From the NCBI GenBank assembly GCA_047967505.1, contig CM106538.1: a stretch of DNA of 64,000 nt. One strand, 5' to 3'. The notes beneath the pieces are model-generated. The model saw only the letters and a program-made list of their open reading frames with translations. It did no database searches and was not told where the DNA came from. Both the position numbers and the translations under genes were made by a program. Positions 25,501 to 38,800 of this stretch are shown here, in pieces. The DNA is from Dipteris shenzhenensis. Lineage: Eukaryota. Position 1 is the stretch's first letter. Every line of letters starts with the position of its first letter.

Positions 25501-26789
25501 TCGCCTCGTTCATGTGGAATATTTTTTAGAGTGTTTTTAAAGAATTGACTGAAGATCTCCTCGAAATGTGTAGGCCCTGTAAATGTTATTTGATCCAGAA
25601 AACTATTTTTGGTTGGACAAAACATTATTGGGCGCAAGACCACATTACTTGCCACAGGTTTCTTGCCATCTCTCAAAGCCTCGTATATTTGCATTGCATA
25701 GGATATATCAAGGCTTCGGCTATTAGTAAACAGAGCTGCAGCTTCCACATCTTTGGCATTCACAAACCACGTCCTTTGACCCCAGATATATCCCACATCA
25801 TCATCTGTAACTGCTTCATTAAGACGCAGATTAAGATTTTTAATTGATGTGAGTTCATCTTGATCATCTTCAGCCTCGGATTCTGAGTCTTCTTCATCTT
25901 TCTCTTTTTTTGACTGTTTTTCATCCACATTATCTTTCTCTACAGTGGGACGATGTCTTTTCTTACTGCTTGGAACCGTGGCTCTTGCAGTACTAGCCTT
26001 TTGCATTTCACGTCGTGGCTTGCTAGCAAGAGCTTCTAGCATAACTGCAGTGGATCGACCTTGATCTTCTTCAATTTTTGCTAATTCCCGTGCACTCAAG
26101 GCTTGTTTTTCATCATCCTTAGTTACATTCACCATTTCTGGCTCTACAAGTTTGCGCTCATCTTCTACAGGTTTGTGACAGTGTGCCTGTTCTTCTTGTC
26201 CCTGCATTGAAGTCTGAGCTTTTTGATCTCCTTCATGTGATGATTCTTGCATATGGAGAGCATATTCTGCATCCTGAAAGTATTCAAGCATTATCTTTGC
26301 ATGCATCATTTTTGCCACCACACTAGGAAATTGCTCCCAAGTATATGAAAGAGTCTCCAATGCCCTTTGCAACTCTGGAAACTTTGATGGTTGAGGAGGA
26401 GGCATCACAAAGGTCTTTGCGTCTCTCCTTGACACAATAAAATGCATACCGCCAACTTCAGGATCTGAACTCTTTGTTAAAATATCCACAAATGTGTCTT
26501 TTCGCTGAATTATTATGCCTACTACAAGGCTTGAAGTCATATCTTTTTTGAAGAAAGTAGCATCCCATGGATCTTCAACACCATTGAACTCCCTTTTTGA
26601 CATAAGTAGAAAGAGTCTCTTTTCCTTTTGATGAAGAAACCAGGCTCTTCTACCCATGTGATATCGAGTCCACCTACCAAAGCCATTGGGGCTATATTCC
26701 TTTCCTTTGAAATTCAAAGTGACATCAGAAACCCATTCTCTGATCTCAGAGTCATCTAGCATAGCCATCACATTAGCTGATTGCTCCAT
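19569..26789 (-). CDS. Spliced ~1,933-aa protein: ParB/Srx-like (DGQH) domain + degenerate methyltransferase-like domain + 3x Ulp1/C48 cysteine protease
   Basis: Inferred GT-AG coding exons: 26789-23580, 23487-23240, 23103-22933, 22848-22759, 22668-22386, 21926-21697, 21613-21443, 21357-21268, 21176-20712, 20584-20414, 20331-20242, 20151-19569. They total 5,802 nt and join in frame with no stop. Each protease repeat has 171-nt and 90-nt exons with HWSL...NS and Q...CGWRV motifs. Confidence 0.8.
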
Positions 26790-27923
26790 AATCCTACAAG
26801 AAAAGATAATGAAGAATTTAGATACATACAAGTAAAGTACAATATACAACCCTTGATACAATAAATGTGGAAAATAGCCCAAAAGGCTTTACAAGGCTTC
26901 ATATGGCAATAAATGTGGGAAATAGCCTAAAAGGCTTTACAAGGCTTAAATATTTGTACAAATGTAAAAGAATTAGCCAATAAAGCTTTACAAGTAATAT
27001 AAAATGTCGTCTAGTGATAAAGCTTCAATCTTCGTGAAGATTCATGTAATCTATCCATCCATTGATATCTGAGCACTGATACCCAACTGTTGCAATCTAT
27101 CCACTAAAAACTGTTCCACTGATATCCACTTATGCAGCCCACATGATATCCGCTTATGCATCCCACTGATACTCGTTAATTAGTGAATGGTCGGGATGGT
27201 CGGGTTTATTACAAGGCGCTTCATATGACAATAAATGTAAAAAATAGCATAAAAGGCTTTACAAGGATTTTTATGACAATAAATGAGCTTAAATATTTAT
27301 ACAAATGCAATAAAAATAACCAATAATCATCAAGCTCCAATATGTCCCATGACATGTAATCTGTCCACTGATATATGCAATCTGTCCACTGATATCTGCT
27401 CATGCAATCTGTCCACTGATATTTGCTCATGCAATCTGCCCACTGATAAACTTCTTGGTAAATGGTAAAAGGTCTTATTTAATAGCATGTTATGAGTGTT
27501 AAACCGCATGTGAGCGAAGGGACTGACAACGAATAGGAACTAGTTAGAAAAATTTGAGCATGGCTTCGATTGGCAACTTGGAGAATTGTCTCTCCTCTAA
27601 GGCAATCTAATCTATGCTAAACTATGCTAAACCAACCGTCGAAGCGAAGAAAAGCAATAAATAATTTCTTTTTCTGTGTTCATTTTAATGTGCTGGGGTT
27701 TAAGAGGCTTAAATATGCAAAAGAAGGGGTTGTGATGTAGAGGCTAAACCTGCATGTGATATAAATAAAGAACAAGTATCTAAAGAAAAGTTAACATTTT
27801 TCAATTTAAAAGATGAATATATATAAAAACATTATCTCACTTTCAAAATAAACCATAAATTCACTCTTTTATAATTTTTTAAAAGTATAATATAAAGTAT
27901 GTAAATATATAAAACTCTCTTTA

Positions 27924-27925
<2 letters not shown>

Positions 27926-27966
<41 letters not shown>

Positions 27967-28183
27967 CCTAAATCTCTTTGCAGCCATAGTCAAGACACCT
28001 CATTCTCTCTCTTAATCTCTCTCTCTCTCTCTATAACTCTTAAACCCTAAACCCTAAACCCTAAACCGGCTTCTCTCTCTTAATCTCTCTCCCTCTCTCT
28101 CCTCTCTCTTTCTTTCTCTCCCTACTCTTCTCTCTCATTTAAAAATATAATATAAAAGATGTAAATATATAAAACTCTCTTTA

Positions 28184-28217
<34 letters not shown>

Positions 28218-28367
28218 CTAAATCTCCTTGTAGTCATAGTCAAGACACCTCATTCTCTCTCTTAATCTCTCTCTCTCTCTCTTTGACAACTCTTAAGTAT
28301 TTTTCTCTCTATCCTCATCCCACTTATTCTCTCTCTCCCTCTCTCTCCCTCTAGCACAGAAGTTTCA

Positions 28368-28403
<36 letters not shown>

Positions 28404-28920
28404 TCTCTCCCTAAGTCTCCCTCTTCTCTTCTCTCTCTCTCTCTCTTTTCCTCTCTCCTCTCGCCACGTTTCATTCCTATAAACTTTCTCTCTCTCTCCC
28501 TCTCTCTCTTTCTCTCTCTCCCTCTCTCTCTTTCTCTCTCCCTCTCTCTCCCTCCCTCAAGTAGCCACGGCCCCCAAGAGACCCGCTTCTCTCTCTTAAT
28601 CTCTCTCCCCCTCTCTCCTCACTCCTTACCAGCTTCTCTCTCTTAATCTCTCTCCGCCTCTCTCCTCTCTCTTTCTTTCCCTCCCTACTCTTCTCTCTCT
28701 TAATCTCTCTCCGCCTCTCTCCTCTCTCTTTCTTTCCCTCCCTACTCTTCTCTCTCTTAATCTCTCTCCGCCTCTCTCCTCTCTCTTTCTTTCCCTCCCT
28801 ACTCTTCTCTCTCATTTAAGGAGCCCCTATTCTCTGTGTGAATCTCTCTCTCTCTCTCTCCCTCTCTTAAGGAGCCCCTCTTCTCTCTCTTAATTTCTCT
28901 CTTTCCCTCCCTCCCTATTC
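27926..28920. repeat. (CT)n microsatellite and CT-rich repeats with a short (CCCTAAA)3 tract at ~28041-28067
   Basis: Directly visible; includes a ~59-bp unit x3 at 28630-28810. Confidence 0.9.
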
Positions 28921-30113
28921 TCCCATTTCTCAAATTTACAAACTCGAATATAAATAAAAAACTAATTAAAATAGAACTCAAAAACTCAAATAAGAAACTA
29001 ATCCCTATTCTCCCATTTCTCAAATTTACAAACTCGAATATAAATAAAAAACTAATTAAAATAGAACTCAAAAACTCAAATAAGAAACTAATTTAAAAAG
29101 AATTGTAATGCCTTCTAAAAGACCACCCTCCTCAAAAACTTTAAGAATAAACTAATTGAAAAAGAATTATAAGTAAAGAAAAAGAATTACAATACGAATT
29201 TTAAGAAATAGAACTCAAAAACCTTAACAAGAAACTAATTGAAAAGAATTGTAAGTAAAGAAATAGAATTACAAGACGAATAAAAAAGAATGCAAGTACC
29301 TGGAAAAAGTGGAAAAAGTGAAAAAAGTAAGGCTCGGCTTATCCTTTCTCTTCCGCTCTTGGTTGCTTCAATGAAACGAGGAGAGAGTTAAAACTAGTCC
29401 ACTCCTACACATAAATTTGAATTTTCAAAAAAGAGAGGGAAATTTGAATTCATTATAAATTTGAATTCAAATTTGTGTTCAACATTCTTCTTATACGTTC
29501 CTTTTGAATTCAAATTTATGTTCAACATTCTTCTTGATACTTTCTTCAACATTCTTCTCGATTCTTGTAAGTCCTTTTCATTCTCGTAAGTCCTTTTCAT
29601 GTAAGTCCTTTTCATTCTCGTACGTCCTTTTCATTCTTCTCGTAAGTCAAATCTTATTTTTCGTTCTTGCTCGTGATAGTAAGTCAAATCCTCCTCTCCC
29701 ATCTCTCTCTCCTTCTCTCTCTCTCCTCTCTCTCCTCTCCTTCCCTCCATCCATCCCTCGACCCAATCCTCTCCTCCAACCTCCTTCCCTCCCCTCCCCT
29801 TCCTCCGCCGCCAAAACTCCTCCCTTCCCTCCGCTCTCCCTCCTTCCCCAAAATCCCTCTCCCCTCTTGCTACCCTTCCCCTCTCCCGTCGCCTAACCTC
29901 TTCCTCCCCTACCCCTTTTTCCCCCTACCCCTTTTAACCTTCCTAAATTTTCCCCACCCCCCTTGGCGACCCCCCCAACCTTTCCACCCTCTTCCCCACT
30001 CTCCCTTTGGCCCCCCCTCCCTCCTTCCTTGGCGACCCCCCCCTCCTCTCACCCAGCTCCCCCTCCGCCCTCCCTGGGGCTGGCCGCCAGCCCCCCCCTC
30101 TCCTCACTCCCTG

Positions 30114-31591
30114 GGCTGGCGGCCGCGGCCGCCAGCCCCCCCCCCTCCTCACCCAGCCCCTCCCCCTCTTCACCCTCCCCCCCTCTTCCCAACCCACCCA
30201 TCCCGCTCCCTGGCTGGCGGCCGCGGCCGCCAGCCCCCCCCCTCCTCTCACCCAGCCCCCCCCTTCTCCTTCCTCTCTCCCTAGGCTGGCGGCCGCGGCC
30301 GCCAGCCCCCCCCCCCTCCCTCTCACCCACCCGCCACCCCTCCCCCCCCTTCACCCTCCTTGGCTGGCGGCCGCGGCCGCCAGCCCCCCCCCCCTCTCCT
30401 CTCTCCCTTTCCCGCTCCCTGGCTGGCGGCCGCGGCCGCCAGCCCCCCCCCCCTCCTCTCACCCACCCCCCACCCCTCCCCACCCATCCCGCTCCCTGGC
30501 TGGCGGCCGCGGCCGCCAGCCCCCCCCCCCTCTCCTCTCTCCCTGGCTGGCGGCCGCGGCCGCCAGCCCCCCCCCCCCTCCTCTCACCCACCCCCCACCC
30601 CTCCCCACCCATCCCGCTCCCTGGCTGGCGGCCGCGGTCGCCAGCCCCCCCCCCCCCCCTCTCCTCTCTCCCAGCCCCCCCCCCCTCTCCTCTCTCCCTG
30701 GCTGGCGGCCGCGGCCGCCAGCCCCCCCCCCCCTCCTCTCACCCACCCCCCACCCCTCCCCACCCATCCCGCTCCCCTGGCTGGCGGCCGCGGCCGCCAG
30801 CCCCCCCCCCCCTCTCCTCTCTCCCCCCTCCTCTCACCCAGCCCGCCCCCCCTCTCCTCTCTCCCTGGCTGGCGGCCGCGGCCGCCAGCCCCCCCCCCCT
30901 CTCCTCTCTCCCCCCTCCTCTCACCCAGCCCCCCCTCTCCTCTCTCCCTGGGCTAGCGGCCGCGGCCGCCAGCCCCCCCCCCTCTCCTCTCTCCCAGCCC
31001 CCCCCCCCCTCTCCTCTCTCCCTGGCTGGCGGCCGCGGCCGCTTGCCCCCCCCCCCCTCCTCTCACCCACCCCCCACCCCTCCCCACCCATCCCGCTCCC
31101 TGGCTGGCGGCCGCGGCCGCCAGCCCCCCCCCCCCTCTCCTCTCTCCCAGCCCCCCCCCCCTCTCCTCTCTCCCTGGCTGGCGGCCGCGGCCGCCAGCCC
31201 CCCCCCCCCTCCTCTCACCCACCCCCCACCCCTCCCCACCCATCCCGCTCCCTGGCTGGCGGCCGCGGCCGCCAGCCCCCCCCCCCCTCTCCCTCTCTCC
31301 CCCCTCCTCTCACCCAGCCCGCCCCCCCTCTCCTCTCTCCCTGGCTGGCGGCCGCGGCCGCCAGCCCCCCCCCCCTTCTCACCCACCCCCCACCCCTCCC
31401 CCCCTCCTCTCACCCAGCCCCTCCCCCTCTTCACCCTCCCCCCCCGCTTCCCAACCCACCCCCCCCCTTCCCTGGGCTGGCGGCCGCGGCCGCCAGCCCC
31501 CCCCCCCCCTTTCGCAACCCCTCCCCCACCCCCCCTTCCCCCCCTCAGCCGCTCCCCCACCCTCCCGGGCTGGCGGCCGCGGCCGCCAGCC
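30114..31591. repeat. Array of 19 copies of the 24-bp palindrome GGCTGGCGGCCGCGGCCGCCAGCC in C-rich spacers
   Basis: Counted by eye: 16 perfect, 3 with 1-2 mismatches; period roughly 55-145 bp. Confidence 0.92.
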
Positions 31592-31994
31592 CCCCCTCTT
31601 CACCGCGCCCCCCCCCCTCCCCCTCCTCCCCCCTCCCCCCCCTCTTCACCCTCCCCCCCCTCCCCCCCTCAGCCGCGGCTCCCTCCCTCCCCCTCTCAGC
31701 CGCTCCCCCCTCCTCTCGCTGCGCCCCCCCTCCCCCTCTCAGCCGCTCCCCCCTCCTCCTCCCAGCCTCCCCTCTGCACCCACCCGCTTCCCTCCCACCC
31801 GCCGCGCCAGCCTCCCCTCCCACCCTCACACCCACCTCCCTCTTCGCCCCTTCTTCCCCTCCCTTCCTCCTCCCTCCCGTCCCACCCTCTTCCTCCCCTC
31901 CCTTCCTCCTCCCTCCCCTCCCCTGAACCTTTCTCTCTCTAATTTCTCTCTCTTTAAATTTTAAAAAAGAAACTAGAAAAAAAAGTTTGCAAGT

Positions 31995-32230
31995 ACCTGG
32001 AAACAGTTTGTAAGTTTGCTCTTTCTTGCTTTCTTGCTCTTCCTTCCTTGCTCTCTTGATCGTCCTTGCTTTCTTGCTTGAATGAAATGAGGGGAGAAAG
32101 AATGAATGAAGGAAGACTATATATAAGAAAAATTAGGTTTTCCTCCTCCTCTCCTATTGGCTTTCCATTCCTCCCCTCTCTCCTATTGGCTTTTCATTTA
32201 TCTCCTCTCCCATTGGCTCCCATTACTCCC
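31995..32230 (-). promoter_or_regulatory. Putative promoter and non-coding first exon of the ParB-Ulp1 gene
   Basis: On -: several CCAAT boxes (32155-32220), AAAACCTAA, TATATATA (~32118-32126), then a CCAG|GTAC donor at ~31998. The same arrangement occurs at 55540-55735 in the host copy. Confidence 0.55.
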
Positions 32231-32889
32231 CCTCTCCTATTGAACCCCCATCCCTCATCCATTAGCCCTCCTCCCATCCATCCATTTCTTCTTCCTCCCC
32301 ATTGCCACCACTCCCATCCCACATTTCCACCACGTCCCATTTTCCAAAATCCCATATTTCCCCATCTCACCCTTCTCTTTTTCATCCCCTATTAACTTCC
32401 TCACTCATTTCACTCCCTTATTAGCCTACTCCCCTATTACTTTCCCCTCTCCCATTCCATTCTTCCCTCCCCACTCTCACTTCCACTTCCCATTACTCAC
32501 TTGCCATTTAAAAACTATTAATATATTATTATACTATTTTTTATACTAATTATCATACACCCTTATTACTTCCCTATCCGATTCCACTCCTCCCTCCTCA
32601 TTCCCACTTCCACTTCCCATTACTCACTTGCTATACACATTTGCAAACTATTAATATATTATTACATGATTTTTTATACTATTTGTAAACTTACATATGG
32701 GCAAAATCACAGGTGTCAAAGCGATCCTATTGTGGTCATACAACAACTGTGCTTTTATTCAAGGGTATATTTATCCTCATCAACAAGCTTATTTACTCAA
32801 GGTATGAAGTGCATAATTTGTGCACTAGGTGTTTACTTTGTGCCAAAATTGTTTGCCACACACACACACACATATACATATACCTAGAA

Positions 32890-35800
32890 TTTTCTAATAT
32901 TATCGCATCTACATTTCTCCAATGGGCATAAAACTTTGTACACTCCTCAACCTAGGTCTTATTGACTTGCATTCAAAGTGGTGCACCCATCTCATAAGTA
33001 CTTGTTCGGATAACACACCTCCTATGTATTTTATGACGATTGTGCATACCACTAGGAACAAAATGGTGTATCATGTGAGACAGACTATGCAAAGCATATG
33101 CAATGGACACAAGACTTTACACGTTCCTCAACCTAGGCAGTATTGACTTGTGTGCAAAGTGGCATCCCCATCCGATAAGTACTTGTTCGAAAAATACACC
33201 TACGATCGTGTTTTTTGACGATTATGCATGACACTAAGGCAATAATGGTGTTTTATGCTTGATCGACAATGCAAAGCATATCCGATGGGCACAATACTTT
33301 GCACACACCTTCAACTAGGTAGAATCGACTTACATGCAAAGTGGCATGCCCATCCCATAAGTGCTTGATCCTATAACATACCTAGAAACGTGTTTTTTGA
33401 CGGATGTGCATGACACTAGAGTAAAAATAGTATTTAATGCTCGATAGACCATGCAAAGGATATCCGATGGGCACAAAACTTTTCGTACGCCTCAACCTAG
33501 GTGGTATTGAAATGTTCTCAATGAGGCACACCCATCCGATAAGTACTTGGTCGGATAACACACCTAATGGCGTGTTTTTTTGTGAATGTGCATGTCATTA
33601 GGAAAAAAATGATGTATAATGCGTGATCGACCATGCAAATCATATCCGATGGTGACAATACTTTGTACGCACCTCAACGTAGTTAAAAAGGACTTGCGTG
33701 CAAAGTGGAGCCCCCATATGATAAATATTTATTTGAATAACACACCTATGGCCGTGTTTTTATATGGTTGTGCATGACACTAAGGCAAAAACGGTGTGTT
33801 ATGCTTGATCGACAATGCAAAGCATATCCGATGGGCACGATACTTTGCACACACCTTCAACTAGGTGTAATTGACTTACATGCAAAGTGGCACGCCCATC
33901 GCATAAGTGCTTGATCAGATAACACACCTAGCAGTGTGTTTTTTTACGAATGTGCATGGCACTAAGGCAAAAATGGAATTTAATGCTCGATCGACCATGC
34001 AAAGCATAACCTATTGGGCACGATACTTTGCACACACCTTCAACTAGGTGGAATTGACTTACATGCAAAGTGGCATTCCCATCGCATAAGTGCTTGATCG
34101 GATAACACACCTAGCAGCGTGTTTTTTTACGGATGTGCATGGCACTAAGGCAAAAATGGTATTTAATGCTCGATCGACCATGCAAAGCATATCCGATGGG
34201 CATAATACTTTTCCTATACCTCAACCTAATTGTTATTAAAATGTTGTCAAAGAGGCACATCCATCCGATAAGTACTTGGTCAGATAACATACCCAAGGGC
34301 GTGTTTTTTTGCGGATGTGCATACCACTAGGGAAAAAATGGTGTATAATGCGTGATCGACCATGCAAATCATATCCGATGGTGACAATACTTTGCATGCA
34401 CCTCAATGTACTTAAAACGGACTTGCGTTCAAAGTGGAGCCCCCATCTGATAAGTACTTATTTGAATAACACACCTATGGCCGTGTTTTTATATGATTGT
34501 GCATGACACTAAGGCAAAAACGGTGTGTTATGCTTGATCAACCATGCAAATCATATCCGAAGGTGACAATACTTTGCACACACCTCAAACTAGTTGAAAC
34601 GGACTTGCGTGCAAACTAGAGCCCCCATCCGATAAGTACTAGTTTGAATAACACATCTAGGACTGCGTTTTTTTACGAATGTGCATGACACTAAGATAAA
34701 AACGGTGTTTTATGCTTGATCGACAATGCAAATCATATCCGATGGGCACAATACTTTGCACACACCTTCAACTAGGTAGAATCGACTTACATGCAAAGTG
34801 GCATGCCCGTCCCATAAGTGCTTGATCCTATAACATACCTAGAAACGTGTTTTTTGACGGATGTGCATGACACTAGAGTAAAAATAGAATTTAATGCTCG
34901 ATAGACCATGCAAAGGATATCCGATGGGCACAAAACTTTTCGTACGCCTCAACCTAGGTGGTATTGAAATGTTCTCAATGAGGCACACCCATCCGATAAG
35001 TACTTGGTCAGATAACACACCTAATGGCGTGTTTTTTTGTGAATGTGCATGTCATTAGGAAAAAAATGATGTATAATGCGTGATCGACCATGCAAATCAT
35101 ATCTGATGGTGACAATACTTTGCACGCACCTCAACGTAGTTAAAACGGACTTGCGTGCAAAGTGGAGGCCCCATCTGATAAGTATTTATTTGAATAACAC
35201 ACCTATGGCCGTGTTTTTATATGGTTGTGCATGACACTAAGGCAAAAACAGTGTGTTATGCTTGATCGACAATGCAAAGCATATCCGATGGGCACAATAC
35301 TTTGCACACACCTTCAACTAGGTGGAATTAACTTACATGCAAAGTGGCACGCCCATCGCATAAGTGCTTGATCAGATAACACACCTAGCAGCGTGTTTTT
35401 CTACGGATGTGCATGGCACTAAGGTAAAAATGGTATTTAATGCTTGATCCACCATGCAAAGCATATCCGATGGGCACAATACTTTGCACATACCTTTAAC
35501 TAGGTGGAATTGACTTACATGCAAAGTGGCACGCCCATCGCATAAGTGCTTGATCAGATAACACACCTAGCAGCGTGTTTTTTTACGGATGTGCATGGCA
35601 CTAAGGCAAAAATGGAATTTAATGCTCGATCGACCATGCAAAGCATATTCGATGGGCACGATACTTTGCACACACCTTCAACTAAGTGGAATTGACTTAC
35701 ATGCAAAGTGGCATTCCCATCGCATAAGTGCTTGATCGGATAACACACCTAGCAGCGTGTTTTTTTACGGATGTGCATGGCACTAAGGCAAAAATGGAAT

Positions 35801-38800
35801 TTAATGCTCGATCGACCATGCAAAGCATATCTGATGGGCATAACACTTTACCTATACCTCAACTTAGGTTGTATTAAAATGTTGTCAAAGAGGCACACCC
35901 ATCTGATAAGTACTTGGTCAGATAACATACCTAAGGGCGTGTTTTTTTGCGAATGTGCATGCCACTAGGGAAAAAACGGTGTATAATGCGTGATCGACCA
36001 TGTAAATCATATCCGATGGTGACAATACTTTGCACGCACCTCAACGTAGTTAAAACGGACTTGCGTGCAAAGTGGAGGCCTCATCTGATAAGTATTTATT
36101 TGAATAACACACCTATGGCCGTGTTTTTATATGGTTGTGCATGACACTAAGGCAAAAACAGTGTGTTATGCTTGATCGACAATGCAAAGCATATCCGATG
36201 GGCACAATACTTTGCACACACCTTCAACTAGGTGGAATTAACTTACATGCAAAGTGGCACGCCCATCGCATAAGTGCTTGATTAGATAACACACCTAGCA
36301 TCGTATTTTTTTACGGATGTGCATGGCACTAAGGCAAAAATGGTATTTAATGCTCGATCAACCATGCAAAGCATATCCGATGGGCACAATACTTTGCACA
36401 TACCTTTAACTAGGTGGAATTGACTTACATGCAAAGTGGCACGCCCATCCCGTAAGTGCTTGATTGGATAACATACCTATCAGCGTGTTTTTTTACGGAT
36501 GTGCATGAAACTAGAGCAAAAATAGTATTTAATGGTCGATCGACCATGCAAAGCATATCCGATGGGCACAATACTTTGCACACACCTTCAACTAGGTGGA
36601 ATTGACTTACATGAAAAGTGGCACGCCCATCGCATAAGTGCTTGATCAGATAACAAACGTAGAAGTGTGTTTTTTAACGGATGTGCATGGCACTAAGGCA
36701 AAAATGGTATTTAATGCTCGATCGACCATGCAAAGCATATCCGCGATTGGCACGATCCTTCAACTAGGTGGAATTGACTTACATGCAAAGTGGCATTCCC
36801 ATCGCATAAGTGCTTGATCGGATAACACACCTAGCAGCGTGTTTTTTTACGGATGTGCATGGCACTAAGGCAAAAATGGTATTTAATGCTCGATCGACCA
36901 TGCAAAGCATATCCAATGGGTAAAATACTTTTCCTATACTTCAACTTAGGTCGTATTAAAATGTTGTCAAAGAGGCACACCCATCCGATAAGCACTTGGT
37001 CAGATAACATACCTAAGGGCGTGTTTTTTTGCGGATGTGCATACCACTAGGGAAAAAACAGTGTATAATGCGTGATCAACCATGCAAATCATATCCGATG
37101 GTGACAATACTTTACACCTCAACCTAGTGGAAACGGACTTGCATGAAAATTGGAGCCCTTATCCGATAAGTACTAGTTTGAATAATACACCTAGGACCGT
37201 GTTTTTTCATGGTTGTGCATGACACCAAGGCAAAAACGGTGTCTTATGCTTGATCGACAATGCAAAGCATATCCGATGGGCACAAAACTTTGCACACACC
37301 TTCAACTAGGTGGAATCGACTTACATGCAAAGTGGCACACCCATCCCATAAGTGCTTGATTGGATAACATACCTAGCAGCGTGTTTTTTGACGGAAGTGC
37401 ATGACACTAGAGTAAAAATAGTATTTAATACTCGATTGACCATGCAAAGGATATCTGATGGGCACAATACTTTTCACACACTTTCAACTAGGTGGAATTG
37501 ACTTACATGCAAAGTGGCATTCCCATCGCATAAGTGCTTGATCGGATAACACACCTAGGAGCGTGTTTTTTTACGGATGTGCATGGCACTAAGGCAAAAA
37601 TGGTATTTACTGCTCGATCGACCATGCAAAGCATATCCGATGGGCATAATACTTTTCTCATACCTCAACCTAGGTGGTATTAAAATGTTGTCAAAGAGGC
37701 ACACCCATCCGATAAGTACTTGGTCAGATAACATACCTAAGGGCGTGTTTTTTTGCGGATGTGCATACCACTAGGAAAAAAACGGTGTATAATGCGTGAT
37801 CAACCATGCAAATCATATCCGATGGTGACAATACTTTGCACACACCTCAACCTAGTGGAAACGGACTTGCATGCAAATTGGAGCCCTTATCCGATAAGTA
37901 CTAGTTTGAATAACACATCTAGGACTGCGTTTTTTTACGAATGTGCATGACACTAAGATAAAAACGGTGTTTTATGCTTGATCGACAATGCAAAGCATAT
38001 CTGATGGGCACAATACTTTGCACACAACTTCAACTAGGTGGAATCGACTTACATGCAAAGTGGCACGCCCATCCCATAAGTTCTTGATCGGATAACATAC
38101 CTAGAAGCGTGTTTTTTGACGGATGTGCATGACACTAGAGCAAAAATAGTATTTAATGCTCGATCGACCATGCAAAGCATATCCGATGGGCACAAAACTT
38201 TTCGTATGCCTCAACCTAGGTGGTATTGAAATGTTCGCAATGAGGCACACCCATCCGATATGTAATTGGTCAGATAACACACCTAGTAGCGTGTTTTTTT
38301 ACGGATGTGCATGGCACTAAGGCAAAAATGGTATTTAATGCTCGATCCACCATGCAAAGCATATCCGATGGGCACGATACTTTGCACACACCTTCAACTA
38401 GGTGGAATAGACTTATATGCAAAGCGGCACGCGCATCCCATAAGTGCTTGATTGGATTACATACCTAGCAACGTGTTTTTTGACGGATGTGCATGACACT
38501 AGAGCAAAAATAGTATTTAATGCTCGATCGACCATGCAAAGCATATCCGATGGACACAAAACGTTTCTTACGCCTTAACCTAGGTGGTATTGAAATGTTC
38601 TCAATGAGGCACACCCATTCGATAAGTACTTGGTCAATTAACACACCTAATGGCGTGTATTTTTGCGGATGTGCATATCATTAGGAAAAAAATGGTGTAT
38701 AATGCGTGATCGACCATGCAAATCATATCCGATGGTGACAATACTTTGCACGCACCTCAATATAGTTAAAACGGACTTGCGTGCAAAGTGGAGCCCCCAT

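Noticed and set aside
23574-26882. Bacterial contamination or a bona fide parABS/Dnd operon suggested by DGQH
   Set aside because: Spliceosomal introns, plant repeats and no ParA or dnd genes.
29667-31942. Long Pro/Gly-rich ORFs (up to 659 aa) resembling extensins or formins
   Set aside because: Open in several frames on both strands because the C-rich palindrome array lacks stop codons; no coding signal.
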